DNA from: a virus
Taxonomy: Duplodnaviria > Caudoviricetes
IMG/VR virus record: IMGVR_UViG_3300013212_000038
Span: 1 to 53,319 of that record
Length of the DNA: 53,319 bases
Direction: 5' to 3' (one strand)
Below the pieces are notes generated by a model that was not told where the DNA came from, did not search any database, and saw only the letters and a program-made list of their open reading frames with translations. Shown here piece after piece: positions 17,958 through 26,592 of the stretch. The first letter of the stretch is position 1. Each line of letters starts with the position of its first letter. The position numbers were made by a program, and so were the translations under genes.

Positions 17958-18863
17958 TCAGCCTCCCGGGGTGATGTTGGTCAGCTGCGGCCGGTTGCCG
18001 AGCACGACGGGGTTGTTGAGGCGGGCGCGGCGCTGGGCAAGCAGGTTCATCTGCGCATCGAACTGCTGGCCCTGCTGGTACGCCTGTCCGCCGGCCAGCA
18101 ATAGGTTGGAACCAGCGTTGACCAGTTCCTTGTTTTCCTTGACCCACTGCCCGGCACCCTTGAGCTTGTCCAGCAAGGAGTTGAGCGTGTTGGCGTCCTT
18201 GATCTGAGAGCCGGCTTCAGCGATCTTGCCCAGCGCTGTCGCTTGGCGCGTGTCAGTGAACACCGAGGCGCTGTTGAGCCCGCGAGCCGTGAGGCCGTAG
18301 TCCGATCCGTTGGTGATCATGCCGCCGGCCGGCGTCTGCTCAAACACGGTGGGCGTGGCGTTACGCGCCAGAGTGCCGTAGTCCGAGCCGTCCACCAGCC
18401 CGGCGCGGTACTGATCCATGAGGTTGGTCGACGGCGCATCCAGCGTGAGCGCGGCGCCACCCGACGACGGGGCCGCCTGAGCGGCATCGCCCGCCACCTT
18501 GCCCAGGCCTTCACCCAGGCTGTTGCTCGCGAGCTCGTTCTTCAGGGCATCGGTGGCGCTGCTCACGGATTCACCAGCTGCACCGCTGGCGGCCTCACCG
18601 GCAGACCCGGCTGAGCTGGCGGCTTCTGCAGCGCCAGAGCCCAGCGACGACGCAAGGCCAGTGACAGCCCCGGCCAGGCCCAGGATGCCGCCGACCTTGG
18701 TCAGCGTCTTGCTCCCGGTCACCATCCCCACGGCCGACATGATCCCGCCGGCCACTCCGGCAAAGGCGGCGAAGCCAGAGGCGCCAGCGAGCGCTGCACC
18801 CACACCGGCGATCGTTCCGCCACCGGCAAGGAAGGCGCCCGCGAGTGGTAACGCGACTGCCAT
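17958..18863 (-). CDS. Putative ejection/DNA-transfer protein
   Basis: ATG 18863 with AAGGAG SD; Gly/Ala-rich hydrophobic N-terminus. Confidence 0.7.
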   Translation of the reverse strand: MAVALPLAGAFLAGGGTIAGVGAALAGASGFAAFAGVAGGIMSAVGMVTGSKTLTKVGGILGLAGAVTGLASSLGSGAAEAASSAGSAGEAASGAAGESVSSATDALKNELASNSLGEGLGKVAGDAAQAAPSSGGAALTLDAPSTNLMDQYRAGLVDGSDYGTLARNATPTVFEQTPAGGMITNGSDYGLTARGLNSASVFTDTRQATALGKIAEAGSQIKDANTLNSLLDKLKGAGQWVKENKELVNAGSNLLLAGGQAYQQGQQFDAQMNLLAQRRARLNNPVVLGNRPQLTNITPGG

Positions 18864-18873
18864 TGGTTTCTCC

Positions 18874-19650
18874 TTATGCGCCAGCCAAAAGGGCCGGCAG
18901 TTGGTCGCGCGAGAGCACGGCGTAGGTCTTTGCCTTTCGCGCTCTGCACACGGTTGAAACGCTGAGACCCAAGCGCCGCGCAATGGCAGCCCCGGTTTCA
19001 GAGCTCTCTCTGATCTGCTGCACCAGGTCCGCAGTCAGCTTCGCGCTGTGATGCCAGGTGCTGGCGATCCGCGTTCCGTGCCGGTACTGGTCGTGCATGT
19101 TGTCGAGCTTGCTACCCCACTCCAGATTGCTGAGTCGGTTGTTCTCGCGGCTGCCGTCCTGGTGCCGCACCTCGGCACCCTCAGGCCTTGGCGGCAAGAA
19201 CGCGGTGGCTACCAGCTCGTGCACGCTGACGTGCTGAACCTGCCCCGTTGTTGCATCTCGCAAACAGACGCACCGGTACCCGGTCGAAGCCAGTCTCGGC
19301 TTCAGTAGCTTGGCGGGGTAGATCCGCACCGATCCATTCGCCTGAGCCACAGCCCTTGATCTGGAGCGGACGCGGCCGTCGTCGCTGACCTCGTAAGCGC
19401 CGGAGAAGCCGTCCACCACCTTCCAGCCAGGCTCTTGCGCGCCGAAGGCCTCACCGCCAACAGGCATTTCTCCGTGTTGGACTAGGAAGCGGATGTGTTC
19501 AAGCGAGTAGCGCTTGCCGTCAATGCCCACCTTGGGAGCAGCTCGCTGACCGGCCTTCACTCGGATGCTGGTCGGGTTTTTCCACAGCACAGTGCCGGTG
19601 GATAGGTCAACGTCAAACAGTTCCAGCACTCGCTCGCGTGTCAGCATCAT
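18874..19650 (-). CDS. NUMOD4-HNH homing endonuclease with C-terminal HTH
   Basis: WKVVDGFSGAYEVSDDGRVRS (NUMOD4); VHELVATAF..VRHQDGSRENNRLSNLEW (HNH); HTH tail. Confidence 0.9.
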   Translation of the reverse strand: MMLTRERVLELFDVDLSTGTVLWKNPTSIRVKAGQRAAPKVGIDGKRYSLEHIRFLVQHGEMPVGGEAFGAQEPGWKVVDGFSGAYEVSDDGRVRSRSRAVAQANGSVRIYPAKLLKPRLASTGYRCVCLRDATTGQVQHVSVHELVATAFLPPRPEGAEVRHQDGSRENNRLSNLEWGSKLDNMHDQYRHGTRIASTWHHSAKLTADLVQQIRESSETGAAIARRLGLSVSTVCRARKAKTYAVLSRDQLPALLAGA

Positions 19651-19652
19651 GC

Positions 19653-20096
19653 TCAGCCCTTGCAGAAGATGAAGGTCTGGCCTGCCGGCTCGAAGCCAGC
19701 GGACCGGATGAGGCGGGCATAGCCGCGCCGAGCCCCGGCATCCACGGGGAACTGCACGCGCCTGACCCGGAAGTCGTCGCGCGCCCAGGCCATGAGCCGG
19801 CCGATCAGCTCGCGCCCGACGCCCGGCGTACCGCGGGCCTGGCACATCACCACCGTGGCCTCGCACCGCTCGAAGAACAGCATCTCGGTGACGCACGCGG
19901 CGATCGCGCCCACCACCCGGCCGGCTTCGAACGCCACCAGGTGGAAGTCGGATGGGGTGCGCGCGAAGTGCTCCACCACGCCCCTGACCTTCACAGGCGA
20001 GGGGCGCAGCCCGGGCGCCGCCATCGGCATGCCCTCGGCCGCGAAGGATGCGACGGCGTCGATGTCAGCCGCCTGGAGCGTGCGATAGGTGATCAC
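19653..20096 (-). CDS. GNAT-fold acetyltransferase-like protein
   Basis: YRTLQAADIDAV, LVAFEAGRVVG, RGTPGVGRELI, GFEPAG. Confidence 0.75.
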   Translation of the reverse strand: MITYRTLQAADIDAVASFAAEGMPMAAPGLRPSPVKVRGVVEHFARTPSDFHLVAFEAGRVVGAIAACVTEMLFFERCEATVVMCQARGTPGVGRELIGRLMAWARDDFRVRRVQFPVDAGARRGYARLIRSAGFEPAGQTFIFCKG

Positions 20097-20102
20097 CGGG
20101 CC

Positions 20103-20137
20103 ATTCTTCGGCCCGGCTCAGTGGCCCCGTGTGGGCG
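20103..20137 (-). promoter_or_regulatory. Putative late promoter B
   Basis: CGCCCACAC (20129-20137)-N20-AAGAAT (20103-20108), 6 nt before the GTG start. Confidence 0.7.
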
Positions 20138-20140
20138 GAA

Positions 20141-21157
20141 TCAGCCGCCGCCGCCGTCCTGGCTGGTGTCGCGGCCGGTGCCACGGCCGCCAGTGCTGCT
20201 GCCGCTGCTGGAGCCGGTGCTGGTCCCCGTGCCGCCGCCGGTGGGGCCGAAGTTGAGCAGGTCCGAGATGTCGGCCTTGGAGCCCGAGACCTTGTTCCAA
20301 AAGTTCGCGAACGACTGGAAGGAGGCCTGCGTGTTGTTGATCAGCGTCGTCTTGGCCGCCTGGTCCAGGTCCGGGTTGTTCTGGATCTGGTTGATGGAGT
20401 CCATCATCGTGCCCCAGGCCCGGGAGATGTTCTCGTTGCCCGCGATGTCGGTCTTGTACTTGGCCTCTGCCTCGATGAGCTTCTGGCGGCTGTCCGCGTC
20501 CATCTGGGCGAGCGTGATCTTGCTCTGCTGGTCCCGCGCGAACTGCGACTCCTGCTGCTGCAGCTTGGTCTGGTCCAGCCCGAACTGCTGCTGGAACTGC
20601 TCGCGCTGAGCGGCGAGGCTGTCCTTCTGCAGTTGCAGGTTCTGGCCGAACTGCTGGTCGCCCTGGGCCAGCGAGGCATCGAACTGGCGGCGCTGCTCCA
20701 GCAGGTTGGTCCCGAACTGGCGCGAGTTCTCACCCAGCTGAAGGCCAGCCATGCCGGTCTGAGCCTTGATGTTGGCGTTCGTGAGGTTCGCCTGGTTCAG
20801 CGCGTTCTGGTTGGCCAGCTGCTGATTCTGGTACAGCTGGGCGTCACCGCTGGCGATGGGCGTCGCGGTCTCGATGACAGCCTGCTCCCCGGCCTGTGCC
20901 GCAGTGGAGCTGTTGGACAGGCCCAGCTTGGCAGAGTTCTGCTTCGCGCGGGTGCGCGCAGCCGTCATGAGCGGGCTGCCGTAGTCGGTGAGCTGCTGCA
21001 CGCGGCCGGCGATGCCCTTGGACTCGTCGAAGGAGCCAGTGACGGCCTCGGCCTTCGAGGCGTCGGCCAGCTTCATCGCCTGCGCGAAGTAGTCCGGCGT
21101 TTGCGGGGTCGACGTGCTGCCCAGAGGAGAAGAGAACGGATCGTTGGTGGTGCCCAT
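20141..21157 (-). CDS. Putative internal virion protein, Gln-rich
   Basis: 338 aa with RQF/QQF helical repeats. Confidence 0.7.
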   Translation of the reverse strand: MGTTNDPFSSPLGSTSTPQTPDYFAQAMKLADASKAEAVTGSFDESKGIAGRVQQLTDYGSPLMTAARTRAKQNSAKLGLSNSSTAAQAGEQAVIETATPIASGDAQLYQNQQLANQNALNQANLTNANIKAQTGMAGLQLGENSRQFGTNLLEQRRQFDASLAQGDQQFGQNLQLQKDSLAAQREQFQQQFGLDQTKLQQQESQFARDQQSKITLAQMDADSRQKLIEAEAKYKTDIAGNENISRAWGTMMDSINQIQNNPDLDQAAKTTLINNTQASFQSFANFWNKVSGSKADISDLLNFGPTGGGTGTSTGSSSGSSTGGRGTGRDTSQDGGGG

Positions 21158-21357
21158 CAGCTGCCCCCTTGTTGGCGCGCGGCCAGGTAGGCCGCCAGCT
21201 CGGGCGAGCCAGCCCGGAAGTAGCGGCCGTCGATGAAGAAGTCACCCGGCCCGAAAGGCCCCGTGACCTCGTGCCAGTCGCCCAGCACCTGCGGCTCGCT
21301 GGGCTGCTCCACGACGTTGACGATCTGCTCGCCAGAGATCAGTGCCCAGCGCCTCAT
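21157..21357 (-). CDS. Small tail-fibre-associated protein
   Basis: 66 aa, coupled downstream of the glycine-rich fibre. Confidence 0.6.
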   Translation of the reverse strand: MRRWALISGEQIVNVVEQPSEPQVLGDWHEVTGPFGPGDFFIDGRYFRAGSPELAAYLAARQQGGS

Positions 21358-22106
21358 GGTCCAAGTTCCTCCACGATGATGTAGCCGCCCGAGCCGTTGC
21401 CACCGTTGCCGCTGTTGCCCGAGGTGGAGCCACCGCCGCCGCCGCCGCCAGCACCGTAGCCGGCACCATCCGCACCGGTTGAACCCGCGGCAGCCGTCGT
21501 GCTGCCCAGGCCGCCGTCACCGCCTCGTCCGTAAGGGGAGCAGCCACCGCCCCCGCCACCGTTGGCCGTACCGCCACCAGCTGTGATTGCAGGCTGATCG
21601 GCGTCACCGGCGGTGAAGACAGCGGTGGGGAAGCCTGGGGCCCTACCGCCCAGCGCCACGCCGCCAGCGTTCTTACCCCCGCCACCGCCAGCGATGAACG
21701 GCCCGGCGGCATAGGTCAGGACGCCCTCGCGGTTCGCGTAGCCGCCGGTGCCATCCGACTTGCCACCCAGCACGCCGAGCATGCCGAAGAGCGTGTTGCT
21801 GCCGGAGGTACCAAGCGAGTTGGCAACGGTCGCACCGAGGCCGCCGGCACCCACGGCGTAGCTCACGGGGCCGGGCAGCTGGATCGTCACCGTCAACGAT
21901 TGGCCAGCGCCACCGCCCTGACCACCGCCACCAGAGGCGTTCGCCGAGCGCCCACCACCAGCACCACCGCCGACCAAGGTCACGCGCACCCAGGAGTTGG
22001 CCATCAAGGGCCGGAACGTGCCCGCGCCGGACTTGATCTTGACCGTGCGCAGCGGCTTGCCGGAGTTGACCGGCGCTCCGAAACCCCGAAGCGTGCCGCG
22101 GTTCAT
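21354..22106 (-). CDS. Glycine-rich tail fibre protein
   Basis: VTLVGGGAGG, YAVGAGG, GAGGGG, GGNGSGGYIIVEE. Confidence 0.85.
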   Translation of the reverse strand: MNRGTLRGFGAPVNSGKPLRTVKIKSGAGTFRPLMANSWVRVTLVGGGAGGGRSANASGGGGQGGGAGQSLTVTIQLPGPVSYAVGAGGLGATVANSLGTSGSNTLFGMLGVLGGKSDGTGGYANREGVLTYAAGPFIAGGGGGKNAGGVALGGRAPGFPTAVFTAGDADQPAITAGGGTANGGGGGGCSPYGRGGDGGLGSTTAAAGSTGADGAGYGAGGGGGGGSTSGNSGNGGNGSGGYIIVEELGP

Positions 22107-22489
22107 CAGAAGTCCCCGCCCATGACGTGCACGGTGAAGGCCTCGGCGTTGTGGGTCGCGAAGCCCAGTTGCACGCCGGTCTTCAGGACCTCGCCGATGT
22201 CGTCGTCACGCACCGTGAACGTGGCCGTGCTGGCCGAGGGCGTGATTGCGTCCACCGGGTACTCGCGCCACAGCTTCCAGGCGCCGGCGCCGTCCTTGAG
22301 GAATGCCCGCAGCATGCCGGCTGTCGTGGTGCCAACCGCCTTGAACTCCAGGCGATCCACGCGGCTGCCGCTGGCGCCTGACGTGAAGCCCGACACGATC
22401 GTGCCGGTGCCGTCGCGGTTGGTGTTGGCCACTGAGATGTCGACGATCTCGCGCCGCGGCGTCGCAGCAAAGTTTGCAGTCTGTCCCAT
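22106..22489 (-). CDS. Tail-associated protein
   Basis: ATG 22489 in TAATG overlap; ANTNRDGTGT motif; beta-rich. Confidence 0.7.
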   Translation of the reverse strand: MGQTANFAATPRREIVDISVANTNRDGTGTIVSGFTSGASGSRVDRLEFKAVGTTTAGMLRAFLKDGAGAWKLWREYPVDAITPSASTATFTVRDDDIGEVLKTGVQLGFATHNAEAFTVHVMGGDF

Positions 22490-22872
22490 TACCGGATTCC
22501 TTGTGCCAGCATCAGCTGCTGGATGTAGCTCTTGGAGTTCGTGACTGAGGCCGAGGCGGCCGTAGCCGTGGCGGCAGCGGTTGCGGCAGTGCCGGCGGCC
22601 GTGATGGCAGCCTGCATCTCCGTACTGGTCGCCGATACCGTGGCCTGCCAGTTCCCGTCTGCATCCCACACCGCGGCCTTGTTGCGGCGGTCGGCCAGCG
22701 CCGGCAGCGCGCCCAGGGTCTCGCCAACAGGTGCCAGGGCGACGCGAGCGAAGAAGCCAGCGACCTTGTCAAAGCCGGTGCCGATGGCAGCGAACTCGTT
22801 CTCCACCGGCCGGCTCCGGTTCGTCGAGCCTGGCGCGACGTCGAAGGACCAGGTGTAGAACAAATTGCTCAT
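22489..22872 (-). CDS. Tail fibre N-terminal/anchor-like protein
   Basis: 127 aa, ENEFAAIGTGFDK and Ala/Thr-rich stalk. Confidence 0.65.
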   Translation of the reverse strand: MSNLFYTWSFDVAPGSTNRSRPVENEFAAIGTGFDKVAGFFARVALAPVGETLGALPALADRRNKAAVWDADGNWQATVSATSTEMQAAITAAGTAATAAATATAASASVTNSKSYIQQLMLAQGIR

Positions 22873-24884
22873 CGAGCTCTCCGCAGCTTTCGGTGCCAGA
22901 TGACGACCGAGTTCAGTTCATGGGGCAGCTCGACGCCCGACTCCCCGAAGAAGGTCGTCGACACGTTCTCTCCGGCCCAGCGAAGCCTGAACTTCGTCGT
23001 CTGGCCGGCCTGCCCGTCCCACACGCCCTCGTCCCAGTTGCCGATGTCCCACAGCGACGCCGGAGGCGGGATGTCCGCGCGCTCCACCTGGCTCTCCAGG
23101 CGGTCCGGGCTGCCGTAGTCCACCTCCACCGTGGCCTTGAGCGTGCCGAAGGATGCGCCCGCCACCTCGGCCGTTATGTGGGCGCCCTTCTTCTTCCAGC
23201 CCGGCTGCTTCAGCACGCTGTACGGCAGCTTGATCCAGTACTCCAGCGCCTCGCCGTCCAGCGATCGCCCGGCGTCCATCTCGCGCACGTAGCCGTCATC
23301 GCAGCCGATGAACACCCGCGACACGCCGTCAATCTCGCCCTCGAAGGCCACATTGACCTTCCACGGCAGCGTGCTGAACATCCACGACCAGCGCTTGCCC
23401 GGCGTGCCGGTGAGCATGCGACCGTCGTCCAGGAACAGGCGGTAGCGCCCCGTGGCCTTGCTGAGCACGCTGGCCCGGGCCGTGAGGCCCTTCATCTTGC
23501 GGCGCAGGTGGTCGGTGATGGTCTGGCTCTTGAAGTTGCCGAAGGCCTGCGTGGGCGTGAAGTCGCGCATGCCGGCGGTGTCCAGCGCCACCACCTTGCC
23601 GATCTCCTGCAGCGTGTAGGGCGCGGCGCCGACCTCGGTGGACAGCTCGCCCATGCGGTAGCCCGTGGCGTCACCGTAGATGGCGGAGCTCTTGTCCTTG
23701 GCTGTCACGATCAGCGCGGCCTGGGTCTCCGAGCCCGCGACCGACTTCATGCCGGTGAGGGTGTCGCCGATCCCGAGCTCGGCGCCGCCGGACAGCACCG
23801 TGAACTGGTACGGGTCCTGAATGCCGCTGCGCTGCACGCTGGTCTCGAACGCGGCCCACAGCCGCTGCTGGTGCAGTTCCACAAAGCGCGGCTTCGCGGT
23901 CATGCCGTCCACTGGGATGGGCACCAGCACCTCGCCGTCGAACTCGATCAGGTCATTGACGCCATCGGCGCCATAGAGCCGCATCGTGAGGCCGCCGAAG
24001 AAGTTGTACGGCTTGAGGTCCCAGCGACCGCCGGGCTTGAGGGTGATCTGCTCTTGTGTCCCGGCCAGGTCCAGCGTGCCGCCGGCGGTCAGCGCGCCGG
24101 CAGTGAAGGCGCCCGAGGCGCCAGAGATGATGATCCAGCCGCTCGCCTTGTTGCCCGCGCTCCAGTCGCCCTTCTGGGTCACGACGCGCCGCACGGTGGC
24201 GGTCACCGCGCCCTTGGTGATGACCGCTCCCTCAGCTGGCTCCAGCGCGCCGTTGATGAAGGCAACGCGCTGCAGCAGCGGCACCTCGACCCAGCCGGCG
24301 GCCGTGGCCTTGTAGACCTTCTGCGTGAGTGCGTCGACGTCCCTGAAGGCATAGACCTTGCCGTAGAGCACGGCACCGCCGCGCACGGGGCTGTTGGCCA
24401 GGCCCGGCACGGTGCCGATGAACTGGCGCTGCCAGTCGGCCGCTGCGGCGTACATGGCGTTGGTCTGGGCCGGCATGACGCTGGGCTCCAGCCGCGCAAC
24501 GCCACGGTAGGCGGTGGCCACCGTCAGGGTGTCGCCCGTGATGAAGGCGCCGGTGACGCTCACCAGGGCCGCAAAGCCGTCGGCCGCCCACGCCACCTTG
24601 CCTTGAGCACCGCTCGGCGCGCCCACCAGCACGTCGCCGACGTTGAGCGTGCCGGTCAGGCCGTCCACGGCGATGACCAGCACATCGACGTCCGACGGCC
24701 TGGTACGGCCGTCGAATCGCTCGATGCCGCCCAGGCGCGCATAGCCGCCCTCCACCTTGGGCTCGTACAGGTCCGAGCCGAGCACACCGCCGGGCAGCAA
24801 CTGGCGCACCGGGGTCTCGGTGTCCAGCCCGCCGGACAGGGCGAACTCGAACGGTTCGTCGGTGGCGGCCGGGATGTCGATCAC
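22869..24884 (-). CDS. Tail nozzle / tubular protein B-like
   Basis: 671 aa, beta-rich, SGGLD near N-terminus, follows the adaptor gene. Confidence 0.7.
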   Translation of the reverse strand: MIDIPAATDEPFEFALSGGLDTETPVRQLLPGGVLGSDLYEPKVEGGYARLGGIERFDGRTRPSDVDVLVIAVDGLTGTLNVGDVLVGAPSGAQGKVAWAADGFAALVSVTGAFITGDTLTVATAYRGVARLEPSVMPAQTNAMYAAAADWQRQFIGTVPGLANSPVRGGAVLYGKVYAFRDVDALTQKVYKATAAGWVEVPLLQRVAFINGALEPAEGAVITKGAVTATVRRVVTQKGDWSAGNKASGWIIISGASGAFTAGALTAGGTLDLAGTQEQITLKPGGRWDLKPYNFFGGLTMRLYGADGVNDLIEFDGEVLVPIPVDGMTAKPRFVELHQQRLWAAFETSVQRSGIQDPYQFTVLSGGAELGIGDTLTGMKSVAGSETQAALIVTAKDKSSAIYGDATGYRMGELSTEVGAAPYTLQEIGKVVALDTAGMRDFTPTQAFGNFKSQTITDHLRRKMKGLTARASVLSKATGRYRLFLDDGRMLTGTPGKRWSWMFSTLPWKVNVAFEGEIDGVSRVFIGCDDGYVREMDAGRSLDGEALEYWIKLPYSVLKQPGWKKKGAHITAEVAGASFGTLKATVEVDYGSPDRLESQVERADIPPPASLWDIGNWDEGVWDGQAGQTTKFRLRWAGENVSTTFFGESGVELPHELNSVVIWHRKLRRAR

Positions 24885-25510
24885 GCCAGCGCTTCCCCGG
24901 GCTGCAGGAGCGGCAGGTCACCCGAGGCGAGGCGCTTCATCTGCGCGTACTCGGCGGCGGCGCGCTTGTAGACGATGCCGGCCTCGTCGAAGCCCGCGTA
25001 GAGCATCAGCCCCCGCCACACGATCATCATGTGGTGCTCGCTGAACAGCGCCGGCTCGTCGACGTCCTTGGTGAAGCGGCCCGGCATGCGGAAGCGCTCC
25101 ACCATCAGCACCGTGTCGGCGGTCACCTGGGCATTGACGGCGATCGAGCGGTCGGGCCGCACCGTCCACTGGGTGATGCTGCCGCCCGCCTCCACGCTCG
25201 GGTAGGACAGCCGGAACTCGTCCCAGGGCAGGTAGTACAGGCGTCCACCACCGGCCAGGCGCATGGAGTCCTTCACGTAGCGCTTGTGTCCGAGCGAGCC
25301 CGTGACCGTGGAGTTGCCCGCGGTGACGGTGACCTGGGCATCCTCCCAGAGGCTTGGCCAGTTGGCGAGGCCCTGGATCTCCAGCCAGGCGTCATCCACC
25401 CAGTTGACGAAGTTCAGGGCGTCGCCCTTCTGGTTTGCCGTGCTGCCAAGCGCGAGCCCGGAAGAACCGGACTCGGCAATCAGCCGGTTGACCAGGTCAA
25501 GACGGTTCAC
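24881..25510 (-). CDS. Head-tail adaptor / tubular protein A-like
   Basis: 209 aa, MNRLDLVNRL..WVDDAWLEIQ, HHMMIVW. Confidence 0.7.
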   Translation of the reverse strand: MNRLDLVNRLIAESGSSGLALGSTANQKGDALNFVNWVDDAWLEIQGLANWPSLWEDAQVTVTAGNSTVTGSLGHKRYVKDSMRLAGGGRLYYLPWDEFRLSYPSVEAGGSITQWTVRPDRSIAVNAQVTADTVLMVERFRMPGRFTKDVDEPALFSEHHMMIVWRGLMLYAGFDEAGIVYKRAAAEYAQMKRLASGDLPLLQPGEALA

Positions 25511-25513
25511 GGA

Positions 25514-26038
25514 TCAGCAGCCTTCGCGGCGCATGCGGGCGGCCCAGATGGTGCCCTGAGGGTGTTCGTCGCGCAGGATCTGGATGTGATACGCCGGGCG
25601 GTTCTGGCTCTTGACGCGCTGGCCCTCGTCCAGGGTCGGGTCTTGCAGGGTCTGCACCGAGTGGTCGGTCTGGGTGGCGCGCAGCAGGCGCTCCAGGTGC
25701 CAGCGCTTCACCATGATGGGCACCTCGCGCGGCAACCACTTCTGGTCACCGTTGCAGCCGATGGGCACCACGGGGGACTCGCGCTCGTGCTGGGTGCCGC
25801 CGATCAGGATGCCGACGGGCATGGCCATGAAGGCCTCGTACTCGGCCACATTCTTGAACTCGCGGCTCATGTCGGCCACCTCGATCGCTCGAGCGCCAGG
25901 CGCTTCCGCAGTCATGTCGAGGAAGCCTTCCCAGTCGGCGTGCTGGAAGTCGTCGGTGTCGGCCATCACGCGGGGATTGGCGCGGACGACATCGGGCACG
26001 CGCTGGGGGATGGCCTTGCGGCTTTGGGCTGTTGCCAT
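25514..26038 (-). CDS. Hypothetical virion-associated protein
   Basis: 174 aa, AAGGAG SD, VPIGCNG motif. Confidence 0.7.
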   Translation of the reverse strand: MATAQSRKAIPQRVPDVVRANPRVMADTDDFQHADWEGFLDMTAEAPGARAIEVADMSREFKNVAEYEAFMAMPVGILIGGTQHERESPVVPIGCNGDQKWLPREVPIMVKRWHLERLLRATQTDHSVQTLQDPTLDEGQRVKSQNRPAYHIQILRDEHPQGTIWAARMRREGC

Positions 26039-26060
26039 GGTTGGCTCCTTCAGGGGTCAG

Positions 26061-26089
26061 AAGAAAGAGCCGGGCCGAAGCCCGGCCCT
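26061..26089 (-). terminator. Rho-independent terminator with UUCG loop
   Basis: GGGCCGGGC-TTCG-GCCCGGCTC-TTTCTT on the minus strand. Confidence 0.8.
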
Positions 26090-26093
26090 GGGA

Positions 26094-26540
26094 TCACAGC
26101 GGCAGCGAACTGCTGTAGTCGCCCGCGAAGTTGTAGCGGACGTAGGTCACGCCGGCAGCGCTCAGGTCGGTCGCGTTCGGGGTGAACACGCCGGCTGCAC
26201 CGGTCGTCACGACCAGAGCGCCCATCACCGCACGATCGCTCGGGTTCGGGATCTCGGCCGCGTCGCGCTGATCACCGGCCGGGCTGGGCGTGACGATCTT
26301 GCTCTGCAGGGTCGTGACGTTGCCGGCGGCGTCCACGCAGAAGAAGAAGGCGCAACGCTGGTTGTTGCCCAGCGCGGTATGGCCAGCCGAGAACGGCAGG
26401 TTGTCCGTGGCCGCCTTGAGATAGCCGAGGCCGTTGATGGTGTAGTTGCAGGGGTTGCTCGTCTTGATGGTGTTGACGTTGGTCCCCTCGTCGCAGCCGG
26501 CGACGGTCGTGGTGTAGTTGTCGCGATACGCGGTTTGCAT
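26094..26540 (-). CDS. Putative capsid decoration protein
   Basis: 148 aa, beta-rich, directly after the capsid gene and before a terminator. Confidence 0.6.
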   Translation of the reverse strand: MQTAYRDNYTTTVAGCDEGTNVNTIKTSNPCNYTINGLGYLKAATDNLPFSAGHTALGNNQRCAFFFCVDAAGNVTTLQSKIVTPSPAGDQRDAAEIPNPSDRAVMGALVVTTGAAGVFTPNATDLSAAGVTYVRYNFAGDYSSSLPL

Positions 26541-26564
26541 ATTGGCTCCTGTTGAATGGTGGGA

Positions 26565-26586
26565 GGGAGGAGCCGAAGCCCCTCCC
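26565..26586 (-). other. UUCG-capped hairpin after the capsid gene (no U tract)
   Basis: GGGAGGGGC-TTCG-GCTCCTCCC. Confidence 0.6.
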
Positions 26587-26592
26587 GTGTCA

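Noticed and set aside
18864-19652. Group I intron around the HNH genes (also 47469-47945)
   Set aside because: Flanking genes are intact and abut the HNH ORFs, leaving no room for a ribozyme core.
20550-20760. Repetitive CTGCTG/GAACTG tracts
   Set aside because: Explained by Gln-rich helical repeats in the encoded virion protein.
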